Positions 13,113-23,853 of a stretch of 64,000 nt of DNA are shown piece by piece. The DNA is from Psammoneis japonica (Eukaryota). The DNA lies in assembly GCA_008632985.1 (NCBI GenBank), contig QPGO01000036.1:1-64000 (forward strand), in the 5' to 3' direction. How positions within the stretch are numbered: the stretch's first letter is position 1; each line of letters starts with the position of its first letter. The notes beneath the pieces were generated by a model. That model ran no database searches and was not told the origin of the DNA. It saw only the letters and a list, made by a program, of their open reading frames with translations. A program made the position numbers and the translations under genes.

Positions 13113-13590
13113 TGTCGATTTCCCCGTGCGTGACTAAAAACATGCCATCATCTATTGATCCTGATCCCACTCCTTGCTTCTGACTTCGGTGATGCTTTTT
13201 TTAAACGTTCGGGAGTTCGATATCATCACTCAACGGACAGAATTTCAGTATCATCTGTCGCCAAATCCTACGTGGGCATAAATAAGAGCTCAAATGGATA
13301 AATCTCAAGATTGAAAAGCTCGAGGCAGCAAGATATCCACTTCCCACTGCTTCTCTCACACACGAAAACGTGGAGCGATCGATGAATGCTCGATGTCGGG
13401 GTCACAGGCACGTTGCGTCTCTTTCTTTTCTCAACCACTTACTCGTTGACGAGTAAGGGATAAAGAGATCACAGACAGGGGCTGAATCTAGGCTGTTAGT
13501 CGACTTGGAACTAAACAAGGAGGAGCAGCTTAGCACTGCGTTCAACGAGGCAGAGCAGAGGAAGCCGCGGCAGATTCACATTCAGCTACT

Positions 13591-15686
13591 ATGACCCAAT
13601 CGGTTCATCGAGTTCTGAAGGAGCTCGGCCTGAAGCATCACGAGAAAGCGTTTAAAGAGAACTGTATTGACTCGCTTGATGACCTCTCTCTTTTGTCAAA
13701 CGATGATTTGAAGGACTTGGGGGTCACCAAGATTGGTGAACGCAATCGTCTCAGAGCATGGATAAAGCAGCACGGGGATGATTCACAGCCCCCTCCTCCG
13801 CCGCCGCCATCAGAATCTCCCGCGACTTCTTCTGTTGCCGAGAGACCTAGAAGTACTAATCCGTTCGAAGACGATGAAGTGGAGGAAGGAGAAGAAGTTG
13901 TTCTGCCTCCGTCTCTTCGTTCAAACGGATCGAACCCCTTTGACGACGATGACGAAAACGGTGAGACGGGTCGTCCAGTATCCATGCAGTCGATTCATAG
14001 CACCAACCCTTTCGATAGTGATGACGAGGATGACCTGAATGATAATAATGGTATCAAGCTGGAGAACAATTCTCGGTCTCCAACTAAACACGAGGAAGAC
14101 TTGCTCAGAACTCTCGAGGCGGTCAACGAGGCAAACCAGAAGAAGTCGACCCGACCTCCAAAGGCACCACGACCAGCCTTATCGGAGGAATCTCTTCGAG
14201 ACAACAGCCCTGAAGATGATGAAGTCGATGATGACGAGTTAGAAAAGGCTCTTGAAGACATGAATATCGATCAAGACTTTGCTTGTTGGAAGTCTTTTCG
14301 ATCGAGTATTTCGAGTCGGAAGTCAAGTGTAGCTTCACCAGGCGCTTCAGGAAACACTACTACTATTGATACCATTCAAGAACATACTGACGAACCAGAA
14401 CCCGAAACAGTGACTGAAGCTGATATTCAAGACATGAAGAAGTGGAACGCTCGGCTTGCACGAGATGAAGTTTATTCCCATCGGTACAGACCGGTGCCTC
14501 GAGAAGAACGAGAATTGGATGATTTGGCCGTCTTTTTGGGAATCCAAAAACCAAAGAGCAAGCGAAAAGTGAAAGAGTCATCTAGGAAGCAGCTATCAGA
14601 TGATCAAGATGGCACCATATCATACCTTTTTTCCAAAGATAAGCGACCGTTCTCCGTTTTGCTGAAGCGCGGGCCCGTCCTTTTCAGATTGAAGGGTAAC
14701 AACAGAGCAACTTTGAAGAGCGAGAGCTTATTCTTTTGACGCATGGATTTATATTGGCCCGAGTCAATGACAACAACAAGAACAAGCTGAGTCCTATTTC
14801 TGGCTTAATGAAATGGGTTCAGCGCTCCTTTGATCAATGCCATTTGTACACCAGCGTCAAGTGCCTCCTCGACACACCCGCGAATGATGGTTTTGAGCTA
14901 CATCTAGTGGATGGAAGCGCCCTGCAGTTTGAATGCGCGACGGCAACCCATCAGTTTGCGTGGATGGACGGACTAGAACGCGTAATTGTGGAAACTTATA
15001 CACGAATGTCCTCCGACAACCACGTTCGTTCAGACGACGAGAGCGACCTGGGATGGCAACACAAACTCATCCAGACTTCTCTCTTTAGTGACGCGGTGAT
15101 GGGAGATGCAAGCCGTCTTCGACACAGGTTGACGACACTTGGTGGGTCGATCGTTTCTACCCTCAATCGTCTGGACAAGTACCATGAGTTTGCTGCGTTG
15201 CACTATGCCACGCACCACAATCACCTGGATTGTATGAAGGCCCTACTCGAGGCTGGGGCGGACCCAAGCATCGAAAACGGCGCGAAGGACATTGACGATA
15301 TGTTCCAGAGTCCGCTGTATTTTGCAAAGCGCGATGGTTGGCAGGAAGGCGTTGATTTATTGCTTCAGTTTGGTGCAAAGCCGAGCCGTCGCGCAGAAAT
15401 GGAAGACCGCGGTGGCGAATTGTTTTCCAATGCACGAGCTGTGGAAGAAACAACATCGTCGAGGCGCGGCCATAATAAGAATGAAAGGGTGAATAAGACC
15501 CATTCGCGTGCCACGAATGCAAAGGGTGCCATGAGTGAAAACATGAGGTTAATTCATGAACGCGGACAAAAGATCGAAGCTTTAGGAAACAAGGCGAACA
15601 AACTTCAGTCGGAGGCGGGCGACTATGCGAGCTATGCCAAACAGCTCAAAGAGAAAACGAAAAAGCAGTCAAGGTGGGGATTTTAG
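13591..15686 (+). CDS. SAM - NPF repeats - PH-like - ankyrin - C-terminal R-SNARE-like coiled-coil protein (frameshift near 14700)
   Basis: N-terminal SAM (LKELGL...DLKDLGVTKIGERNRL); three NPF-acidic motifs; PH-like LLKRG...FAWMDGL; ankyrin ALHYATHHNHLDCMKALLEAGADP; synaptobrevin-like MSENMRLIHERGQKIEALGNKANKLQ; no TM segment. Confidence 0.75.
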
Positions 15687-15986
15687 ACTCGCCGCCATTA
15701 CCTCTCTATCACTAGAGAGGCTAGTATTATCTGTAACGATTTTAAAAGAGAAAGAACCGTGTTGCGTACAAGTACAATACTTGTAGGCTAATCATGGCAG
15801 TTTCTTGATCTTGCTCGATCTTTTTCAGATCAAGCTATCGTTAAACACTGTTGAATAGCGTATTGAGCGATAAAAGCAGAAACTGGTATCCAGATAGAAC
15901 GCCCCTCTGACTCTCATGGAAAACGGGAAAAAAGTGAGCTTGTCGATTTTGTGAGGTGTCCGCGTTACCGGTCATCTGAATAAGCT

Positions 15987-16527
15987 GATCGAGAGGTTCC
16001 CGGCTTATGGATACTGCTACGGTAGCATCTTGGGACCAGGCAGTCGACTCTTGACCAAATGAGCAACATTAGGATAAGGCATGTAACCAGGACTTGCTTC
16101 TCCCGTCATTAGCGCTCCTGATGACAAAAAGCTTTTTGTACTAGGAAAGTGGGCGAGGTACCATTGGAGATTAAAGAAGGCGTGATACTTTAAGAGAGAT
16201 TAGATAGGGTTGTTGCGCAATAATACTCACACTTTCTGAGAAGGCGTTGACACGTTGACGTACCTTGAAATAGTGGATTTGCTTTTCGTTTGCGGGTAGA
16301 ACCCGTGGATGACCAGTCAAGTAGTGATAGAGAGAGCTGGTACCGCATTTCCCGGCTCCAACAGTCGTGAAACCTGGGAGGCAGTAGCCACTCAGATCAG
16401 GCTTTGGCACGTCAGAAAGAAGAGCGGAGTGTCGAGGGATCTCATGACACTCTAGCTTCAACGGGTCGTCGCGTTGTTGTTTGATAAGATTCGTCCAGTT
16501 ACATTAGCTGCTTCTTGGGGGTGGGTA
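15987..16527 (-). pseudogene. Partial inverted duplicate of the sulfotransferase gene at 34450-36102
   Basis: Reverse complement matches about 34779-35309, including the 76-nt intron; lacks both gene ends. Confidence 0.9.
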
Positions 16528-16960
16528 ACACACAACGGGTGTCGGGTGGTGCAGGTGTTGGCTGCTCACGCTGCATGGACCTTGCTCAGACCTCGCTGCT
16601 CGCTGCACTCAGACCTCGAGCCTCGTCGCGAAAATCTTCGCTGCGAGTCACGAAATTGGTGTTCGCAGTTGGAGATTCTGGGCGTGTGCTCCTTTTGTCT
16701 CCCTTCCTTGGCTGGAATGTGCTGCCGGCACCAATGGGCTGTTGGTTTGCACGATCTTTTCGATCCGTCGAAGGGCGATTCTCCCCCCCAATCAGACAAA
16801 CTGAGCTCACCATTACGACGTCAAGTGCTTGTAGTGGGCCTGCGATCAGCCTCTTTAGGTGGTTTGCTTGCGCGTCGCTTGGTGTGGAGGGTGATGCAGC
16901 CGGTGCTCATGGTTGGTTTTTGCGGTGTGCATGTGATAGATGTGATGGTGCTTATTGTTA

Positions 16961-17475
16961 CTGTAGAGTGCGCGAAACGTCAGAATTGCGCGTTGGCGAA
17001 AACCACAACTTTTTTTTCTCTCCTCCCGCAGCCGCACATCCCGAGTTTTGCAATTGACGACGCTTTTGGCCTCAAACGGCGGCGAACAAGGCATCGGTAG
17101 AACCGTAATCATTGTAAGAACATGTGTATTGCTTTGTTTGTGAAAATCCGTAATGAATTCGTCGAGAAAAGTGAGTCTCGTAGTCGTTTTGCGTGCAATT
17201 TCGCGTTGGGTGTTCCCGAGAACGCGATTGCTTTTTCGATTCAGCGTTGTCCTTGTACGGAGAAACGCTGAATCGCAGCTTTATTGTAACACATGTCTTG
17301 CCCATGTGCTGGATCTTGGGATGCGTCTGTCTCGGCGTCACGACAAATCGTTTTATTGCTCATTTTTTGGCCGCTGCTGTGTGTTGTGTTTGCCAGAGCT
17401 CATTGTTGTTGCTTCAAAGAGGATCCGCTCCGGGCTGTCCAAGGCGCGGAACGTCTCTTTGTTGTGTTTAAAAGA
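16961..17475 (+). repeat. Left terminal inverted repeat (515 bp)
   Basis: Reverse complement of 19031-19544 with 14 transitions and one homopolymer indel. Confidence 0.95.
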
Positions 17476-17528
17476 CACGTTCTAGATAGATTAGCTGGAC
17501 AGAGCACAACTGCATGTTTTAGTCTAGT

Positions 17529-18887
17529 CTAATGTGACACAGCTGCTCGAACAGCTGTGTTGAATCCTCCAACACAGCTGAGGAAGAATTCTTCCTCAGC
17601 ATCCCCCGTCTTCCTTTCCTGATTGTCATCGCACCCTGGCACCCCACACTTGCGAAAACAGTTCCTAGCTTTTCGTGGCGTCATCTCTTCCAATGCCAGC
17701 TCGTGCACCATTGACCAATTCATGCCTTCTTCATGAGAAAAACGCTTCAGGCCGGACTTGCAAACAGAGAAGCAGTGCTCAATTGGATTCAAATCAGGGC
17801 TGCAAGCTGCTGTGTAAACTGGCTTGGCTCCAGCATCTTCAATCAGTTGTCGAACGTAGTCAGAGATGTGTGTCGATGCGTTGTCCATCAGCACCACAGA
17901 CCACGGCTCGCAAAGATGATGCCTCCCTGGAACCGGCACCAAATCATTCTCAATGCATCTCTCAAACCTTTCCATGTCCACAGTCCCACGTTCCGGGTCA
18001 TTGTCATGAGGGCCATGTTCACGTTCTGCCAGCGTGCACGCTTCGATCACAAAACCGTTTGCATCTGCAGCACCAACAACGGCGCACCTCTTGCGAAAAT
18101 CTTCCTCAAAATGTGCATCAACTGCGGGTGGTTTGCCAAATTTTCCCCAGCCACGCAAACGCCTGGATGCGTTGGCACTCTTTGCCGTCTCATCAACAAA
18201 GATGGCCATCTCTGGTTTTTCTACGAACAACTCCAGCCGTCGAAAGCACCTCTCCCGCTTGGCCTCGCATCTTTGTCTTGAACGAAAAACCATTTTTTGA
18301 AGAGAGCAGCCCAGTCGGTGCAATTGACGCCACATGGCAGAGGGGTGCCATGTCACACCCCGGCGTCGTCTCATTGAAAGCTGCATTTCATCGAGATGGA
18401 GATGCGGCTTCTCTCTCACGATGTCAAGCAGCACTTCATCATCCACCTCTGAAAATGATGCAGCTCTTGTTGTCACTCTGCAATGCCTTTTCCAGCTGTT
18501 CATTCTACGGCGAGCAGCAGCTTTTGTCTCACCACACTGAAGGCAGTGGTGAAACCAGTCATAAAATGTCTTGCACTTGATCCTCCGGCCAAACATCTGA
18601 TCAACTTCTTCCCAAACAGATTTGAGAAGACGGATTTTCCCACCATCCTTCTGTGCATGCTGCCACGCATTGTCCCCCAGTTTTTCCATTGCAGTCTCAA
18701 CATGCTCCTTCTGCAGTTTCTTGTCGTCGTGCGCTGCACCGCCATGCCGTCCAGGTGCATTCGGCCTGTTGCATGTGTGATGCCGAACTCCGGGAGCAAC
18801 CCAAACCCCATGTGTCATGTCCCATCTTTGTGCCTCTCCAAAATTGTTGCCCTCCCCCGCAGCAAACAACTCAGCTGCTGTTGCCAT
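17529..18887 (-). CDS. DD34E transposase (DDE_3/IS630-like), hypermutated
   Basis: Motifs IFVDET, VLMDNASTH, ACSPDLNPIE (34 residues between second D and E); HTH region PHLHLDEM...RLGCS; conserved Tyr positions appear as Cys/His. Confidence 0.9.
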   Translation of the reverse strand: MATAAELFAAGEGNNFGEAQRWDMTHGVWVAPGVRHHTCNRPNAPGRHGGAAHDDKKLQKEHVETAMEKLGDNAWQHAQKDGGKIRLLKSVWEEVDQMFGRRIKCKTFYDWFHHCLQCGETKAAARRRMNSWKRHCRVTTRAASFSEVDDEVLLDIVREKPHLHLDEMQLSMRRRRGVTWHPSAMWRQLHRLGCSLQKMVFRSRQRCEAKRERCFRRLELFVEKPEMAIFVDETAKSANASRRLRGWGKFGKPPAVDAHFEEDFRKRCAVVGAADANGFVIEACTLAEREHGPHDNDPERGTVDMERFERCIENDLVPVPGRHHLCEPWSVVLMDNASTHISDYVRQLIEDAGAKPVYTAACSPDLNPIEHCFSVCKSGLKRFSHEEGMNWSMVHELALEEMTPRKARNCFRKCGVPGCDDNQERKTGDAEEEFFLSCVGGFNTAVRAAVSH

Positions 18888-19030
18888 GAGACATGGAAAG
18901 GTTGTTGCCACAGTCAACACTCGACAAAGCCTGCACTTCAAGTGACGAGAAAAAGGCAAACATGCCGTTAGATTGGCGATGATTTCACGACGCCAAGATC
19001 CCCGTTTTGAAAAATTCAAAGCAACGAATC

Positions 19031-19544
19031 TCTTTTAAACACAACAAAGAGACGTTCCGTGCCTTGGACAGCCCGGAGCGGATCCTCTTTGAAGCAACAA
19101 CAATGAGCTCTGGCAAACACAGCACACAGCAGCGGCCAAAAAATGAGCAACAAAACGATTTGTCGTGACACCGAGACAGACGCATCCCAAGATCCAGCAT
19201 GTAGGCAAGACATGTGTTACAATGAAGCTGCGATTCAGCGTTTCTCCGTACAAGGACAACGCTAAATCGAAAAAGCAATCGCGTTCTCGGGAACACCCAA
19301 CGCGAAATTGCACGCAAAACGACTACGAGACTCACTTTTCTCGACGAACTCATTGCGGATTTTCACAAACAAAGCAATGCACATGTTCTTACAATGATTG
19401 CGGTTCTACCGATGCCTTGTTCGCCGCCGTTTGAGGCCAAAAGCGTCGTCAATTGCAAAACTCGGGATGTGCGGCTGCGGGAGGAGAGAAAAAAAGTTGT
19501 GGTTTTCGCCAACGCGCAATTCTGACGTTTCGCGCATTCTACAG
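19031..19544 (-). repeat. Right terminal inverted repeat (514 bp)
   Basis: Inverted copy of 16961-17475. Confidence 0.95.
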
Positions 19545-19810
19545 TATACAAAAATTGTGTGGGATTCTACGCGGGTCTCCCTGGTCGCGGAATAGGGAAC
19601 AAAAGAAAGATCCGGACCGGACGTGACATTTTTTGGATGGGCGACAGGCGACAGGCGGCACAGTTACAAGTTCATTCAATCACAACTAGCCATCGCGAAG
19701 TAAGTGAGAGGAGTGAGGAGTGAGAGAGCAGGCTTAATAATTTGCGGGTTGCGGACTTGGTGGCAGAAGCAAACTGCTTATTCTGACGCCTCTCCCGCTT
19801 TCGGTCTGCA

Positions 19811-21657
19811 ATGACTCGAGAATACAGTGTTGCTTTCTTCAGTGTCTTTCGATTCATTCTGGTGATTCCTGCGTTATTTGTGGAGTCCACTTTGCCAGCA
19901 TTTTCCCACCGACACGCGACATCGAGCGCATTTTTGTCTGCTTCAAAAAGCTGCGCTTCTAGCAGCAACACCCGGATCAATATGGTCCGCTCTAAGTTAT
20001 CGTTCGGTTCTACGTCGCTTAAAGAAGATGATTTCAATACCACGATTTTGGTGGGCAAGAAAGAGAGTCTCTTAAGCTTCGTCCCTGGCAGACTGGATCT
20101 TGACTCTGATGTATCCACAGCCATGTTGGACTCAGTGTCTGGACCCAAGGGTAGCAGTGTTTCCACCTTTGGCGGAAAACCTCCCAAGAAGTTCGTTTTC
20201 TGCGTCTTGCCAGAGAAGACAACACGAAACAACCATCCCATGTCGGTGCACACCATCACCTCGTTGCTAAAGTCATCCTGTCCGGGCAAGGGAAATATCA
20301 AAGTGGTGATTGTGTCAGAAGAGCAAAAGGTTGCTCCTCTGGCATGCGCTGTAGGAAAGGCGTTTCCCGTATTCACGGAGAAAACTAGTGGGAGCGATAC
20401 TGATCAAGAGGTAGAGCGCGAAGTTGCAGTCAGTTTCGTAGACAAAGATGGTGCTCCCGTTGAAAGCCAAGACGTTCTCAAGGCTTGTGAGGCCGTGTCT
20501 GATTCAGTGCGTTTGGCGGCAAGACTGATGGATATGCCCCCCGAGCAACTTACGACCACCGCCTATGCAGAGGAGTGTCGTCAACTCGTAAAGGATTTGC
20601 CTCATACCACCATGCTTGAGATCACGGGCAAAGATCTCGACGAAAAAGGGTACGGCGGCCTGTACGGAGTTGGGAAAGCTGCTACTTATCCGCCACGCAT
20701 GGTGATCATGACGTACGACCCTCCGAACGTTGACAAGGAAGAGCCCGCTGTGGCTCTGGTCGGTAAAGGAATTGTCTATGACACTGGGGGTTTATCCCTC
20801 AAGGGGAAAACAGGTACGATCTTTGCTAGCAGTCGCAATGCCTACTAACGTGATCTCAAGCAGCGCCGTTAGCCAATAATCTCCGGTTTATCTCACGATA
20901 TAACAACCAAACTACTGTATTATAACAGGCATGCCAGGTATGAAGCACGACATGGGGGGATCGGCCGGCATACTAGGAGGATTTTGCGCAGCCGTCAAAT
21001 TGGGGACTCCCAAGAAAATCACATGCATCTTATGCTTGGCGGAAAACGCCATTGGCCAAACGCAGTCCGCAACGATGACATCTTGAAAATGTACAGTGGC
21101 AAGACAGTGGAAATCAATAATAGCGATGCGGTGCGTGCTTTTGGTTTTGCAGCCACTTGTACTTTGCAATAGTATCTCACAACCTAATGTATTTTTGAAC
21201 ACAGGAAGGACGTCTAGTCTTAGCAGATGGAGTCGCACATGCTACAAAACATATTGAGGGACTCGGTCTAGTCATGGACATGGCAACCTTAACAGGAGCA
21301 CAGCTCGTGGCGACAGGGAAAAAGCACGCAGGAATCCTGGCCAACACGGAGGAATTAGAAAAGCAAGCAGTGGCGGCTGGATTATATTCTGGCGACCTTT
21401 GCTTTCCACTATTGTATGCGCCGGAGCTTCTCAAGGACGAGTTCAAGTCAAAGGTGGCTGACATGAAGAATTCTGTCAAGGATCGTGGCAACGCCCAGTC
21501 TTCCTGTGCTGGTCACTTTATTGAATCTCATCTGCACACTGATTACAAGGGTGGATGGTTGCACGTTGACATGGCAGGACCAGGTACGCTGGAGGAACGT
21601 GGTACTGGCTACGGAGTAGGGCTGGTTGTTGCGGTATTGGGAGCTCCTGGATTCTAA
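19811..21657 (+). CDS. M17 leucyl aminopeptidase (NPEPL1-like), two introns, probable 1-nt frameshift near 21057
   Basis: VGKGIVYDTGG, MKHDMGG, NNSDA/EGRLVLADG, DMATLTGA, WLHVDMAG. Confidence 0.9.
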
Positions 21658-21763
21658 ATGGGTTTGTGCGTGCAATACCTACTCCTCTCTCTAGAGTCTA
21701 GACTATTGCTTGCGGTAACAGCACACTAGTTTTGGCAGCGGCTCATTAAAAATGAAAGAATGC

Positions 21764-23479
21764 TTATAGGACCATCTTTTCTTTTGCACCGTCCTCACTT
21801 TTCAACAATTCCCGAATTTGACGGTAGGGGTAGAGAGATCGATGCCCGTCAGACCAATCTATGGAATGTGCGTAGTTCCCGCATGATGCCATGTTCAGCG
21901 GTCGAATCGAATCGGAAACAGAGCGGGGATCCAATATTTGACGCCCTGTCATCTCCTCGACACATGCTGCACAGCGACATGCTCTTCTCAGTGCAGCAGG
22001 ACCGATAGACTCCCCATCCACCTCGATAGTGTGCTTTTCCTCGTCGTAGGAAATTGCCGGTCTCGAACCATCGCTTCCCGAGAACTTGGCCTTTGCTACT
22101 TCCACTACGACAGATTCTGCGAGGTCATGAAATATATCAGCTTGAGAGCTTTCGGGATTCTCAAGGATGTAAGGTGTCCCAGAATCCCCATTTGCGGCTA
22201 TCCGATCCATGAGTGGCAAAGAAAACGTGTGTTCAATTCCCCATTGGTCGGACAGTCGCTTCTTGTGCCCGGGACCAAAAATATTAACTTTCTCTTTGGA
22301 TGGTTCCTGCTGTTGCTGTACAATCTGGACCAATTCTTCAGACAATTCCTCGGTTGATTTGTCGCCATTCGTAGGAGTGACAGCCTGGTTGAGTTTTGAC
22401 ACAAAAGTATCCTTTAGTTTGGTCGTATCGACCTTGGGAGTCGAGTCAACTTCATAGTAGGCCATATTCTCTACAACAGCAACACAGGGAACATTCACGG
22501 TATCAAACATTTCAATGCCACGGACAACATCGGCGTAGCTCAATTCTTGTGGAGTTGTTACAATCACAGCTGCGGTGATATTCAGACGTTGAGTGAGAGT
22601 TAGTTGAATATCACCGGTTCCTGGAGGCATGTCGAGAATGAGATAGTCGAGAGGGCCCCAGTTTGTGACGCTGAGAAATTGATCCAACAACTGGGTAATC
22701 ATTGGTCCTCGCATGACAGCTGACCCCTCATTGATATATCCAAAACTCATGAGACGAACGCCGTTGCGTTGCAAAGGTGCTATTTGACGGCCGACAAACC
22801 TGACCATATCGTCGTCTGGTTCGACCATTGTGGGCAGACTGGGTCCATACACATCAGCATCAAAAATACCCACAGCAGCTCCCAAGGATTGAAGAGCAAA
22901 GGCCAAGTTGACAGCAGTAGTTGACTTTCCCACGCCACCTTTACAACTGGAAACGGCGATGACAGCGCCCACTTGTGACATGCCGATGCTATCCGTCTCC
23001 ATCGCTGTTGGCTGTGCAGTCATGGTAACGTCAACGTCTGACGTCCAAGGAAGCGCATTTATCAAACTCTCGCATTCTGCTGCAAACTGATCTTTGACGG
23101 GACAGGCAGGAGTTGTCAGCTCCACGTCGAAAGAAATCTTCCGCCCATTCAATGACAAATTCTTCACAAAGCCGAGCGTAACGATATCAGCATTCAAATC
23201 GGGATCTATCACACTTGATAGTGCTCCTAGAACCTCTCCTTGCCATTCTGTAGGTATTGGCGGAAGATCCGGAGAAGCATCGTCCGAGGATGACGTGAAC
23301 AAAATAGAATCGGCCAATGTGGGGGCTGGTCGCGCAGAGGTTGAAGTCGTCCTCTTGAAGCTGTTTGCAGCAAGGGGAACGAACGCATCACTATCACTGA
23401 AACGTCCGATAATTAAAATAAAACCAACCCATACGATAGACATGGACTTCATCCGACCAACAACGGCAAAAGAGGCCAT
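21764..23479 (-). CDS. HCF101: Plastid Fe-S cluster scaffold HCF101 (DUF59 + Mrp/NBP35 P-loop NTPase + DUF971)
   Basis: VIDPDL...LTTPACP, SSCKGGVGKST, DADVYGPS, DMPPGTGD, C-terminal CRCAAC...WSDGH; SDAF plastid-targeting motif. Confidence 0.92.
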   Translation of the reverse strand: MASFAVVGRMKSMSIVWVGFILIIGRFSDSDAFVPLAANSFKRTTSTSARPAPTLADSILFTSSSDDASPDLPPIPTEWQGEVLGALSSVIDPDLNADIVTLGFVKNLSLNGRKISFDVELTTPACPVKDQFAAECESLINALPWTSDVDVTMTAQPTAMETDSIGMSQVGAVIAVSSCKGGVGKSTTAVNLAFALQSLGAAVGIFDADVYGPSLPTMVEPDDDMVRFVGRQIAPLQRNGVRLMSFGYINEGSAVMRGPMITQLLDQFLSVTNWGPLDYLILDMPPGTGDIQLTLTQRLNITAAVIVTTPQELSYADVVRGIEMFDTVNVPCVAVVENMAYYEVDSTPKVDTTKLKDTFVSKLNQAVTPTNGDKSTEELSEELVQIVQQQQEPSKEKVNIFGPGHKKRLSDQWGIEHTFSLPLMDRIAANGDSGTPYILENPESSQADIFHDLAESVVVEVAKAKFSGSDGSRPAISYDEEKHTIEVDGESIGPAALRRACRCAACVEEMTGRQILDPRSVSDSIRPLNMASCGNYAHSIDWSDGHRSLYPYRQIRELLKSEDGAKEKMVL

Positions 23480-23853
23480 TTTGCTGCTGTGCCAATTTTT
23501 TCTTTGTTCCCTGCCTCCGAAAATGTGGCGCAGAAACCAGCCAAGTTGAACTTTGAGCTCCGTGGTACAAACGACACTAGAAATCTTACATACGTAAAAA
23601 CCAGTATCTTTCCCCGTAGTTCTGTTCCACGCGGCGGTGCTTGCGTATGCTTTCAGCTTCTGGACAAACCAACACACAGGCAAGAGAAAGATGGAGATCG
23701 CTCGATGCTCGATGCTCGATGCCAGATGCCAGTGAAATAAATGCCAACAATGGCAGTGAGCAGAGTGGCGGTGTTGAAAACAGCAGACTGTTCACAGGGA
23801 CAAAGAAGACTATCCGATAGGTCGATTGAAGATGCGTGTTTCAGAAACTTAGC

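Larger units (their letters stand above)
16961..19544 (-). mobile_element. Tc1/mariner-IS630 superfamily DNA transposon (DD34E) with very long TIRs and TA target-site duplication
   Basis: TA at 16959-60 and 19545-46; ends ctgtagagtgcgcg... and ...cgcgcattctacag; TIRs 16961-17475 and 19031-19544; internal transposase. Confidence 0.95.

Noticed and set aside
17675..18580. 301-aa antisense ORF inside the transposon
   Set aside because: Shadow ORF caused by stop-codon depletion.
16961..19544. Classical RIP or plain CpG methylation decay as the explanation
   Set aside because: RIP creates TpA, but here TpA is lost, and CpGs are largely retained in the young element.
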